From positions 1-37,439 of the forward strand of contig JBKHIT010000051.1 of NCBI GenBank assembly GCA_046538485.1: DNA of 37,439 bases, written 5' to 3'. The position numbers were made by a program, and so were the translations under genes. Below the pieces are notes generated by a model that was not told the origin of the DNA, searched no databases, and was given only the letters and a program-made list of their open reading frames with translations. This document shows positions 10,621 to 20,048 of the stretch, one piece after another (position 1 is the stretch's first letter; the number at the start of each line of letters is the position of its first letter). The stretch is from Candidatus Brocadiia bacterium. GTDB taxonomy: Bacteria; Planctomycetota; Brocadiia; SM23-32.

Positions 10621-11178
10621 ATGGGCATTTTGAAGACGATTGACGATCTGCTCCGGGACAGAAACAGGCTCTATGACATGGCAGTGGAAAAAGGAGGTCT
10701 CGGCGCAATCTGCGCCAAGCTCCTGGGGGTCTTCCTAATCACAACGGCCGTTTACGGAGCGGTCATGGGATCATTTCGCTGCATACATCCGGCTTATCAT
10801 TTCAGCGACTTCTCGGTCTCCCGCCCGGACGGCCCATCGATTACAGATGAGGTGGCAGGGCTGGATACCGGAACCCGGGCTGTTTACACCCGCGCGAGTC
10901 TTTCCGAAGTCACACCGGGCGAGGGACTTTCAAAAATCAGAGAGGCTAAAACCAGTGACGAAGAGCAGGCAGAAAACTCGGCTCCCAAGAAAGGTAAAAA
11001 AGCGCCCGTTCTGCTGGCGTGGCTTCTGCTTTATGCCCTCCTGGGCGCCCAGTTGGCGTGGACCCTCAAACCTTTTCTTGGCACACCTTACTTGCCGGAC
11101 ACACCCCCTTTCCGCATCGAGCGTGGCAACATCTTCGTCAGCGCATTCGAATCCTTCCCGCACGTCCAGGATCGCTGA
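10621..11178 (+). CDS. Membrane protein (W-L-[KR]-P-F-x-G family), probably internally deleted
   Basis: GGGAGG RBS before ATG 10621; N-terminal LLRDR..YGAVMG and C-terminal WLLLYALLGAQLAWTLKPFLG motifs, but only two TM helices. Confidence 0.6.
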   Translation: MGILKTIDDLLRDRNRLYDMAVEKGGLGAICAKLLGVFLITTAVYGAVMGSFRCIHPAYHFSDFSVSRPDGPSITDEVAGLDTGTRAVYTRASLSEVTPGEGLSKIREAKTSDEEQAENSAPKKGKKAPVLLAWLLLYALLGAQLAWTLKPFLGTPYLPDTPPFRIERGNIFVSAFESFPHVQDR

Positions 11179-11305
11179 AGCAACCAACCGCTGCCGTCCT
11201 CAATCGGGGGAAACATCCTCTGGCCTGCATCCTGTGGACGCAGGCTACCCGCAATTCAGATCGTCCGGATAACCGTCCGGCCAAAGGTCCGGAGCTGCGG
11301 GCGGG

Positions 11306-11827
11306 TCACTGACAAATGTCCGAATTCGCGATTTGAACGGCCCGGTCGAGCCGTTCTGAAATGCTTTCCCAGTGGGTTCCATGCCAGTAAACTTTGTCGC
11401 AACGACGGCACTGCCAGTATTCCGAACATCGGTGCCGGACTTTCTCAGGGACCTCATCGATAACACCCTGGAGTTCCACCTTCGCCAGTTCTCCCCCGCA
11501 CTCCATGCAACGCGGATCTTTCAGCGGGAGATCCATCTCACCCAGAACGTATCCGAGCTGTTCTATCACATCAAGATCTCGCGGGATGAACACATAAACG
11601 ATCAATCCCTCGCTCACCGCATAGCGGTCCGGTATGCCACTATCGCTGGTCAGGAGAACTTTATCCTCATCCAGCGATTTACGCACCAGTTCTCCGTCGC
11701 TGAAATGCACATCGAATTCAGCCTTGTAACCGGCAACCCGAAGCCAGCGCGCGAGACCGCCCAGCATCGCATCACAGAGAAATATCGGATCGTGAGTCTC
11801 CTCGGATGTGGCTTGTTTTTGATCCAT
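11306..11827 (-). CDS. Mut7-C RNase (PIN-like, DUF82) with Zn ribbon
   Basis: FLCDAMLGGLARWLR, LLTSD, RCMECGG...CRRCDKVYW-GTHW; start at ATG 11827 preferred. Confidence 0.92.
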   Translation of the reverse strand: MDQKQATSEETHDPIFLCDAMLGGLARWLRVAGYKAEFDVHFSDGELVRKSLDEDKVLLTSDSGIPDRYAVSEGLIVYVFIPRDLDVIEQLGYVLGEMDLPLKDPRCMECGGELAKVELQGVIDEVPEKVRHRCSEYWQCRRCDKVYWHGTHWESISERLDRAVQIANSDICQ

Positions 11828-12339
11828 GCTTTCGCCCTCGTGCTTTTGCGCCGCCCATTTGCAAAAAGTCTTGCGCGTATCCGGGCGGTCGAGTTCCGAC
11901 GGCACGATTATACCAGATCAAGGTGAGGCTATCTGAAAGATCATTTAATCAAGCGTCCGGGGACCGTGAAAAAACAAGCTTCTGCTCATGAACGGGGAAA
12001 GCCTGGACGTCGAGAATCGCAATCAGCTTAAATACGAACTGCCACCAAACGAAGCGGCCTTGTGGTACTGCTGAGATCCCGCCACGACCCTGTTGCAGTA
12101 CCGCGGGGTCCGCCGTACAACACCTATGGAGTCCGGTGGCTTCTCACCGCTTTGTCGTTGGCGAAGCAATGACCCGTTGAGCGGTATTTTGGGGAGAATG
12201 CCACGCACTGCAAAATGCACCAGCGGACTTACGAACCAGAGGATTTAGGTGGTAGCCAGCCCCACTGATCGGAACTCCAGTATGGCTTGTGCGGAAGTCG
12301 GACCGTGCGCGAATCGCGCGACTGCAGATTCTGCATCGA

Positions 12340-12521
12340 ACGTGCGATAGATCCCGAACCATGCCGTCAGGAACGGTATCGTCGATGTTGACATACCGCA
12401 CACCCATCCGAGGAAGAAGGTCCTGGATTTTGCCCTTTTGCTCCAGTGCATCTTCGTGAGAAAAGACAAATTTCCCCATGGGCACAAGCCCGAGCAACGG
12501 TCCGCAAGCCGGATCGTCCAT
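12340..12521 (-). pseudogene. 5' fragment of an L-fucose/L-arabinose isomerase family gene
   Basis: AAGGA RBS and ATG 12521 just after the hydrolase gene; LGLVPMGKFVFSHEDA..QK...DGMVRD resembles the N-terminus of this family; sequence beyond about 12340 is unrelated. End coordinate approximate. Confidence 0.6.
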
Positions 12522-12534
12522 CGTTTTATTCCTT

Positions 12535-14232
12535 TCAATCACCCGAACGCTGTTGAAGTTTTCGGATCTGTTCTGCTCCGGGAGGCAGCACCTGTAATTC
12601 GGCTTCTTCAGCGTGGTATATCTCGGCTAATTTTCCGAAAGCCTCCTCGCAAGCCGGGGTAGCAACTCCGCCGTTGAGAAGCAACTCTTTGTCGATCAAC
12701 GCACGCAATAACAGCTGACGCCACCGCCAGGAATTGCGCCGGTCTTCGGGGATCTGTGTGTCAACCCTTGACAACAGATCATAGCATTCTTCCGCATCAT
12801 CGGCGTCGCCCGCAAGGTTGAAAACAGGGGGCTCTGTACCGTCGTGTCCCGTTTTGATCTCAACTTTTCCCTCCTTGTCTCTCGCCGGTGCATGGCCGTG
12901 ATTACTCTCGAATATTTCGATGGCTCGAACAACATCCTCAACATAATCGCGACCGAACTCCCAGGTGGCGTATTCTCTTACCGCCTCCTCTGCGGAACTA
13001 TCCTCATCCCAGTACAGGTGCGCCAAAATGGCCTTATTTATGTCTTCGAATATCCCCTCGCTGTACGGAAATCCGCCGGCGATGTCCCCACCGACTCGGT
13101 TCCACAAACCCTGGAATCGTGAGGGCTGCGGATTGGCACCGAACCCTCCCCAGGGAAACATCTGGAACATGCTGATCTCAGGGAAATTCAGCAGCGGTAA
13201 ATCTCCCGGCACCCCCTGTTCCAGCGGATAATCCGGGAAATGTTCATGTCCGTCCGCAAGAATATAATCGAGCCACTCGGGCGGCGTATCAAAAGCTTCA
13301 GTCAGCCCCTCCCACTCACCGTCCCGATTCCCCAGGTCGAACAACCAGGTGCTCAATATCACTGTCAGTTCCGGCCAGCGATCCCGCGCCAGTTCTGCTA
13401 TGGCTTCGGACATCTCCAAAAACCCGTTGGCGCCCCAGGGAGCGCATTTTTCGCACGCACATCCTCCCTGGTCGTAGGGCCAGAGCCAGATCTGATCGAT
13501 TCCTATTCCCTGAAAGGCCTCGAATTCCTGGTCGAACCACTTCAGCATCAGTTCTTTTGCGCCGGTTTTATTGGGACAAAGCTCCACCCGGTAGTGGGCC
13601 GTTCCGGTATTGGGATTCGCCCGGAGTTCTTCTGGACTATCAGCAAATGCCTCATTGGCAAGCAAACAGAGCCCGACATCCATCCCCACGCTCTTCCCGG
13701 CTTCAAGAATCGCTCGGAGGCGTTCAATCATCTGCTGCGCCGCGGGATCCTCGATTCCGTGAAAATGGTGCATGTCAAACCAGACCTGCAGCGAGTTGAT
13801 TCCCCAGAGCGCAAGCTCTTCGACGTACTTCTGGATCTTTTTTATGGGAGCGCAGTGATAGAAGTTATGAAAATGGGTGGCAAAATACATTCCCCGCACG
13901 GGTCTATCGGGCCACGATTCTCCGCGCCATTCTCCCGGGATGAAGCTTCGAGGTCGCATAAGTGATGTCCGCATCAACTTGCCCGTGCCATACAGAAGTC
14001 CCTTCGGATCACCGCCGGCCACCACAACACTTCCGCCGCTCTCATCGGCAATCTTAAATGTTTCCAAACCCAGCTCAGGACGCAATTCCAGACTTAACAG
14101 AGCTTGTTCTTTCTGCACTCTCTCGGCTCTCAGATTGCAACGTTGCGCCAGGTGCCGCTCCAGCAGCTCGACGGCCTTATCCACAAGCGGATCGCCCTCG
14201 GTCCTTAACTCAATTTGCACCGGCTGACTCAT
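12535..14232 (-). CDS. Putative glycoside hydrolase (GH20/GH67-like N-terminal domain plus barrel)
   Basis: VVAGGDPKGLLYGTG-LMR followed by P---VRGMYFATHFHNFYH; strong GAGGAG RBS before ATG 14232. Confidence 0.65.
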   Translation of the reverse strand: MSQPVQIELRTEGDPLVDKAVELLERHLAQRCNLRAERVQKEQALLSLELRPELGLETFKIADESGGSVVVAGGDPKGLLYGTGKLMRTSLMRPRSFIPGEWRGESWPDRPVRGMYFATHFHNFYHCAPIKKIQKYVEELALWGINSLQVWFDMHHFHGIEDPAAQQMIERLRAILEAGKSVGMDVGLCLLANEAFADSPEELRANPNTGTAHYRVELCPNKTGAKELMLKWFDQEFEAFQGIGIDQIWLWPYDQGGCACEKCAPWGANGFLEMSEAIAELARDRWPELTVILSTWLFDLGNRDGEWEGLTEAFDTPPEWLDYILADGHEHFPDYPLEQGVPGDLPLLNFPEISMFQMFPWGGFGANPQPSRFQGLWNRVGGDIAGGFPYSEGIFEDINKAILAHLYWDEDSSAEEAVREYATWEFGRDYVEDVVRAIEIFESNHGHAPARDKEGKVEIKTGHDGTEPPVFNLAGDADDAEECYDLLSRVDTQIPEDRRNSWRWRQLLLRALIDKELLLNGGVATPACEEAFGKLAEIYHAEEAELQVLPPGAEQIRKLQQRSGD

Positions 14233-14496
14233 CTTTCCCTCTCCTCTAAGCTGGAAGTCACCGTCAAATATTTCCCATTTCGTCCAATCAGCACAGTCCG
14301 CCATTGTACCCGGCCGACGGCGGGAGGTGTCAAAGACAAAACCAATCGGCGGGCTGAAAAACGATGGAGCAGTCCCCTCAAACTTCAACGCATTCTTCGA
14401 TATCTCACGGGACCGATTCGGGCGTTCGCCGGACCGTTCCGAGAGGCTTTCCGCCGCATCCGCGATATCCGTGGTTTGGACAGTGCAGCCGCGTCC

Positions 14497-14525
14497 TTGA
14501 TACCACCGTGAAAAGGCATTATAGT
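14497..14525 (+). promoter_or_regulatory. Putative sigma70 promoter of the sulfatase-like/GT9 genes
   Basis: TTGATA (14497-14502), 17 bp, TATAGT (14520-14525), 40 bp upstream of ATG 14565. Confidence 0.5.
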
Positions 14526-14564
14526 GCCCACTTTCACAAACATCCCCCCCTTTCAAATGCTATT

Positions 14565-15998
14565 ATGTCTGAGTATCGTCCAAACGTACTGATCATCGTT
14601 ATCGACGCGCTGCGAGCCCGCAACCTCGGCTGTTACAGCAACCGTGACGGTTTGAGTCCTAACATTGACCGGTTTGCGCAAGAATCTGTTCTATTTGAAG
14701 ACAATTACTCGACCTGGAACACAACCGACCAATCTCTCACCACGATTTTGAGCGGACGGTATCCCCGCTCGCACGGAATCATCAACCACGGCGATGCGGT
14801 AACCGAACAGGATCTGCGCAACTTCGAGCGAAGCGGCACGCGGATGCTGGCGGAAATCCTCGGTGAACGCGATTATCATACGATCGCGGTCGATTGGATG
14901 GCCCGCTGGTTTAAGCTGGGCTTTCAGTACTACGGCTATCCACCCGCCGGCGGATTGGCCAAAAAAATACACCTGTATCTGAAATACATGCTCAACCATA
15001 TCGAGATTTTTCGGTGCTACGCGGGGTTGGACCAGGACGCGGGCGATTCCTCACTGATTGAAGATGTGAAAGGTGTGCTCAGCACATTCCTGTTCAGTCG
15101 GCATCTGGCGGAAGTTCAAGATGCCCGGTACGTAACCAACGCCGGCCTCGACCTGCTTGATGATTCCGACCGCGAAAACTTTTTCTTGTTCCTGCACTAC
15201 TGGGATGTCCACACCCCTTATAACTGCCCCCGGCGCTATAAAACATACCATGGTTCGAGTCCTGAAAAACGCCTTCTCGACAGATACGAAGGCGCGGTCC
15301 GCTATGTGGATGAACAGCTCGGCCGGCTCTTTGAAGAAATGGAAGAGCGGGGAGTTCTCGATAACACGATGGTTATCGTAACATCCGATCACGGGGAAAG
15401 CCTGGTGGAGCACGATATCTATTTTGACCATCACGGCCTTTACGAGGTCACAACACATTGCCCCCTCCTCATCCGTCTCCCCGGACAAATTCCTCAGGGG
15501 AAGCGATTGAATGGGTTTGTTCAGCACAGCGATCTGGTTCCGACGATTCTCCATGCGGCCGGCATTGAGGACGAACAGATTGATCCCGATGGGACCGATC
15601 TTTTCCCGCTGATTCGGGGGGAAGTAGACAGTCTTCACCCGTTCATCTACAATGAAGAAACTTACGTCCAGGAAAAACGGGCGCTTCGGACCGAAAATTA
15701 CCGGTATATTGAAGCCCCTGACGGCGAAGGTTACTGCCGATACTGTCACACGGTTCACGGAGGACCTGCGGAGTTGTATGATTTGCAGCAAGATCCCCAG
15801 GAACTGATCAACCTGGTTCCTGAGAAACCCGACCTGGCCGATGAATTATCCGGGAAGCTCAACCGATTAGTGGACAGACTCCAGAAAAGACTGCGGGATT
15901 CCGGAAACGGCTCTGCGGGTCGGCCTGATGACGAGTTCCTGGATAAAGATGAACAGGAAGAATTGCAGCAGCGATTCAAGGGATTAGGATATCACTGA
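14565..15998 (+). CDS. Sulfatase-like hydrolase/transferase (alkaline phosphatase superfamily), non-canonical active site
   Basis: PNVLIIVIDALRA, FLHYWDVHTPY, VTSDHGE, DHHGLY, ELYDL--DP-E; nucleophile region reads TTDQSLTTILSG instead of C/S-x-P-x-R. Confidence 0.85.
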   Translation: MSEYRPNVLIIVIDALRARNLGCYSNRDGLSPNIDRFAQESVLFEDNYSTWNTTDQSLTTILSGRYPRSHGIINHGDAVTEQDLRNFERSGTRMLAEILGERDYHTIAVDWMARWFKLGFQYYGYPPAGGLAKKIHLYLKYMLNHIEIFRCYAGLDQDAGDSSLIEDVKGVLSTFLFSRHLAEVQDARYVTNAGLDLLDDSDRENFFLFLHYWDVHTPYNCPRRYKTYHGSSPEKRLLDRYEGAVRYVDEQLGRLFEEMEERGVLDNTMVIVTSDHGESLVEHDIYFDHHGLYEVTTHCPLLIRLPGQIPQGKRLNGFVQHSDLVPTILHAAGIEDEQIDPDGTDLFPLIRGEVDSLHPFIYNEETYVQEKRALRTENYRYIEAPDGEGYCRYCHTVHGGPAELYDLQQDPQELINLVPEKPDLADELSGKLNRLVDRLQKRLRDSGNGSAGRPDDEFLDKDEQEELQQRFKGLGYH

Positions 15999-16004
15999 CG
16001 CCTC

Positions 16005-17282
16005 ATGAACGGCTCACTTGCGTTATTGAAACTATTTTCGCTCCTGCCGCCCCGATTCGCATCCCGGGCCGTGCGCTGTATCTGCAATAGCCGGGCTCTG
16101 CACTCATACTTTAAGCGACGAGAAACCTGTCCTCTCAGGGGCCTTTCTCACCCGGAACGATTCCTCATTATCGCAGATGTGAACATTGGGGATTCCATTA
16201 ATCTCCAGCCCGTTGCCCGTGTGCTTCAGCATCATTTTCCGCAATCCAAAGTGGATTATGTTTACGGGCAGACAACGGCACGGTTGATCGAGCAAAACCC
16301 ATTTATTGAGAACAATTATCCGGTTTTTCAGGGCGCTTTTGTCCCGTCACCCGAGGAATGCCAGCGCATCCGGGATATTCTTGCCAGCCATTCCTACGCC
16401 GCGGTTTTCAGCTTTTGCCCTTTTTTGCCCGACCGCCATTTGCGCTCGGCCGGTTATCCAATCATAAATCCCACCAGCGTGATTCTCGATATCATAACGA
16501 AATCGCGGCGCAGGTCAGTGGAAACCGCGCATCTCATCCCCAATATTGCACGCTATATTGACGAACTGATGGGGGCATTTTCCGATCAGACTCTCTGTTA
16601 TCCGCATCAGCAAAATGGTCCGAGAACACATCTGTACTTTCCCGAAGATGTTTTGGCATTGCGTGACAGTTGGCTCGCCGAAAACGAGCTTTCCGCTGAT
16701 GCCCGGCCGGTTTTTCTGAATCCGGATGCATCCAACCGTTACACGTTGCTCGATGCCAGCGTCCAAATCGATCTGCTGGGAAAAATCCTGAGTTCCGATC
16801 TTTGCACACACCTTCTGCTCGGACCCGGGTTTACTTTCCCTTCCGTTGAAGATAAAGTCATCAACAGCCTGCCCACCCGCCTTACTCAAAAGATCAGACG
16901 ATTGCCGGAAGACATAACGATCGAGCTCTACGGAGCGCTTCTCGACCGGTGCCGGGTATTTATAACCGGTGATACCGGCCCGATGCATCTCGCTGCAGCG
17001 CGGAAAATCTGCCTTCAGAATAAGGATGCATTCCGTAATCGCACGGCGGTCGTGGGGCTTTTCGGTCCCACTCAACCCCGGATTTATGGTTACGATTCTT
17101 CACGCGCAGGGTTTATCCCCGCGAATCAAGACGCACCTTCCCGGGTTTTTGAGGCTCGTTGCGGACGAAAAAATCTCCTTTGTTCTCTCGAACGCATTAC
17201 ACAGAGGTGCGGAGGAGATGAATGTTTCCGAGAATTCGATGTGGAAGCCGTTGCCCAATTCACGCTACAATGTCTTTCCTGA
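16005..17282 (+). CDS. Glycosyltransferase family 9 (heptosyltransferase-like)
   Basis: NIGD near the N-terminus, FITGDTGPMHLAAA and VVGLFGPT motifs. Confidence 0.88.
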   Translation: MNGSLALLKLFSLLPPRFASRAVRCICNSRALHSYFKRRETCPLRGLSHPERFLIIADVNIGDSINLQPVARVLQHHFPQSKVDYVYGQTTARLIEQNPFIENNYPVFQGAFVPSPEECQRIRDILASHSYAAVFSFCPFLPDRHLRSAGYPIINPTSVILDIITKSRRRSVETAHLIPNIARYIDELMGAFSDQTLCYPHQQNGPRTHLYFPEDVLALRDSWLAENELSADARPVFLNPDASNRYTLLDASVQIDLLGKILSSDLCTHLLLGPGFTFPSVEDKVINSLPTRLTQKIRRLPEDITIELYGALLDRCRVFITGDTGPMHLAAARKICLQNKDAFRNRTAVVGLFGPTQPRIYGYDSSRAGFIPANQDAPSRVFEARCGRKNLLCSLERITQRCGGDECFREFDVEAVAQFTLQCLS

Positions 17283-17420
17283 TGCACTGAACAAAACATT
17301 TTAATATGATGGATTTCTCCGTGAAAAAATTACTTGGTGCGCCCTCAGGAAAATATATAATCCCCCGGTGTCCCCCCGGAGACACGGACCAAAACCCCGA
17401 ACAGGAACAACTCGGCTTGC

Positions 17421-18107
17421 ATGTTCACTGATAAAACAAGATCTCACAGATACATCTTCCTTTTCGGATGCCTGCTCCTCGTGGTAGAGCTCGGCGTGCT
17501 GGTGCTCGTTTCAACGCGAACGGCAAAGACACCGGCCCAGATTCTGGCCATCATTCTCGTCAGCGGGGTCGGCGGTCAGGCTGGGGCTATTCTCGCCGGT
17601 CTGAGATGGTTTCAAGAATGGTCCCTCATCGGTATTCTTGCCGCGTTCAACATTATGCATCTGGCAATCTTCTTCCCACTGATTACAACACTCTATAATC
17701 AGTGTTCACGTGTCAAATTCCTGGGGAAGTGGCTTAAAACCACACGACACATCGCCGAAAGACAGAAAGACTGGGTCACTCATATGGGATTGTTCGGTTT
17801 GCCGGTTTTTATCTGGCTGCCGTTCCCATGGACAGGAACACTGGTCGGCTCAGTTATAGGATATCTGATGGGCATTCGCACATCGAAAATTATGGGCATC
17901 GCGGTCCCGGCTATGTTCATCAGTTGCCTGACATGGGTTTTTGGAGTCAAGTGGCTGAAAGAACTCGCGCACATACAAGATGAATTAACCGTTGCGGTTG
18001 TTCTCGGATTGATCATTCTATTCTCCTTCCTGCGAATCCGAGCAGAGCGCAAAGAAAAAGCGATCGAAAAAGCCAAAAAAGAAGGGCAAAACCACGAGAG
18101 AGATTGA
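17421..18107 (+). CDS. Small multidrug export family membrane protein
   Basis: GL-VFIWLPFPWTGTLVGSVIGYLMG motif, multiple TM helices. Confidence 0.75.
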   Translation: MFTDKTRSHRYIFLFGCLLLVVELGVLVLVSTRTAKTPAQILAIILVSGVGGQAGAILAGLRWFQEWSLIGILAAFNIMHLAIFFPLITTLYNQCSRVKFLGKWLKTTRHIAERQKDWVTHMGLFGLPVFIWLPFPWTGTLVGSVIGYLMGIRTSKIMGIAVPAMFISCLTWVFGVKWLKELAHIQDELTVAVVLGLIILFSFLRIRAERKEKAIEKAKKEGQNHERD

Positions 18108-18349
18108 ACAAATGTCAAAGCCAAAAACTCTCTCTCCAAAACGCGCTTTGTCGCCGAGAATCCGATATTATGGCGTTTATTTTCTTTGAAAACAGAGCCT
18201 ACATCCTGTAGAGTATTACAATTCTAAATGGGCGCTGGGAAAGGCGGTTGCCGACTCATCCAGGCTAACCCCCTTGTCAGCGCGCTTATGTTCATCAATG
18301 TGTACCTGTTTAATCAGTCAATCATTTTCAACGCGGGGGAAAATCAACA

Positions 18350-19648
18350 TTGGCTAAACAGCATGACAGACATAAGGGGCAGGTGTGGCTTAAAGCAGAT
18401 TGGCCTGAGAGACAAACCCGTGTTCTCGTCCTCAGCGTCGTTTTGCTCTTCGCACTGGTCTATGCCCATGTTCTTTTCACGCTCAAATTCGCAGAACCGA
18501 ATTTCTGGCTGCGTTCCCTGAGCTGGGTTGTCTGCGGTTATTCCTTCGTGGTGCTGGTCATCGGCACGAGATGGGGCTGGAAAGCCCATCGGCTGGCGCA
18601 ACGCCATGCCACCGAAAAAAGTGAAGGGATCGATAGCCTTACCGGTCTCCCGAACTGGCAGGGAACGGCCTCAAGATTATCCGAAACGCTATATGGTGAG
18701 ATCGAAGGCGATAAACATACCTGGTTGCTCTACCTTCAACTTCAAGGATTGGAGGGAACAAATTACGAACACGGTCGCACCGCGGGAGATATGCTTCTTC
18801 AGGAAGTTTCTCGTCTGATCGAATCGCACGTCCCGAAGGACGGGACTGTGGGCCGCGTCGGAGGGAGCGAGTTTATCATCGCACTCCCTCTGAGCGAAAG
18901 CGAAAAGGTAGAACGCCTCTCCGATTTGCTCAAAAAAGAGATCAGCCGTATGACCGTCGATCTCGGGCCGTGGGGACAAATTTCTGGACTCCACTTGAGC
19001 ACTGAGATCATTCCCTATAAACCCGGCAAAACGACACTCAGTCAGGTCATGGACTCGCTTCACACCTCCAAACAGCGCACCGAAAGCGTCTCCGGACTTG
19101 AAGCAGTGAGTGAAGACATTGAAATTTACCATCTCCCGGAAATCACACTCGAAGCCTTCGCCGTCCACCGATGGAACCTCGTGCCGAAAAACGAACGCTC
19201 TCAATACCAGGTCTGGCGCTGGAACCCGAAGAAAAAATTCGTCAACATTATGGTCGCCGATATTATGAAACTCATCGAGGTGCGGGTCCAAAAAGGGGAT
19301 ATAGATTTTGTGACCGCCCCTCCTGTTCCGGCTTCACAGGACCAGCGTGAAGCAGCTGCCACACAGGCCCTCGGACGCGCTGTCGCCAAACAACTCGGGG
19401 TGCCTTTCAAAAGAACCCTGAAAGCCGTCGTGAGCGGAACCAGCGGTACGAAACACGTCGACGCGCACCTGGATTCCTCGCTGCCCAAAGGAGCGGGAAT
19501 CGTCCTCGTCCAGGATCTGATCACCTCTCCTAAAATACTTCGCCGTAGCGTGCGAGAACTCTCTTCCGAAGGATGTCATGTGCTGGTTTTGGGCTGGGCT
19601 TTTGATACCGAAGCCGCCGCGGCGGGCCGTGGGCTCCAGTCCGTGTAA
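18350..19648 (+). CDS. Membrane-anchored degenerate GGDEF domain fused to a ComF/PRTase-like domain
   Basis: Two TM helices; DSLTGLPN...HG--AGD-LL...RVGGSEF; C-terminal DFVTAPP...ALGRAVAKQLGVP...IVLVQDLITS. Confidence 0.75.
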   Translation: MAKQHDRHKGQVWLKADWPERQTRVLVLSVVLLFALVYAHVLFTLKFAEPNFWLRSLSWVVCGYSFVVLVIGTRWGWKAHRLAQRHATEKSEGIDSLTGLPNWQGTASRLSETLYGEIEGDKHTWLLYLQLQGLEGTNYEHGRTAGDMLLQEVSRLIESHVPKDGTVGRVGGSEFIIALPLSESEKVERLSDLLKKEISRMTVDLGPWGQISGLHLSTEIIPYKPGKTTLSQVMDSLHTSKQRTESVSGLEAVSEDIEIYHLPEITLEAFAVHRWNLVPKNERSQYQVWRWNPKKKFVNIMVADIMKLIEVRVQKGDIDFVTAPPVPASQDQREAAATQALGRAVAKQLGVPFKRTLKAVVSGTSGTKHVDAHLDSSLPKGAGIVLVQDLITSPKILRRSVRELSSEGCHVLVLGWAFDTEAAAAGRGLQSV

Positions 19649-20048
19649 CAACCGCTCTCAGCCAAAAATCCGGGCTAAAAAAACAGCGCATAAAACCTGG
19701 GGCAGATGCTCAATCCAGCGGTGCCGTTGTTCCGCAAGTATTTCCCTGGCACCGCTTGCATTCGCATCACATAGATATGTAGTATGGCCGATGGTAAAAT
19801 TCATTCCTTCATCTGGCCCCGGTTGGGCCACTATGAACATACTGAACCCCATTAGGCCAAATTCAAACGATCGAAAAAGCGTCGAAGCTCACTTTCGCCA
19901 TACAAGACATTTCATATACCTGCCTGATAGTGTCCAGCGCATTCGTTTTACTTCCCGACTGTGCTGATGAGGATGTACAAAGAGAATATCCGTGTGATGG
20001 CTACGCAACCTTTCACCTTCCCCAAAAATACTCACAAGGAATCGACTC

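Noticed and set aside
14233..14564. N-terminal extensions making the 673-aa and 544-aa ORFs overlap
   Set aside because: Better starts exist at 14232 (strong RBS) and 14565 (domain start, upstream promoter); the region is a divergent intergenic spacer.
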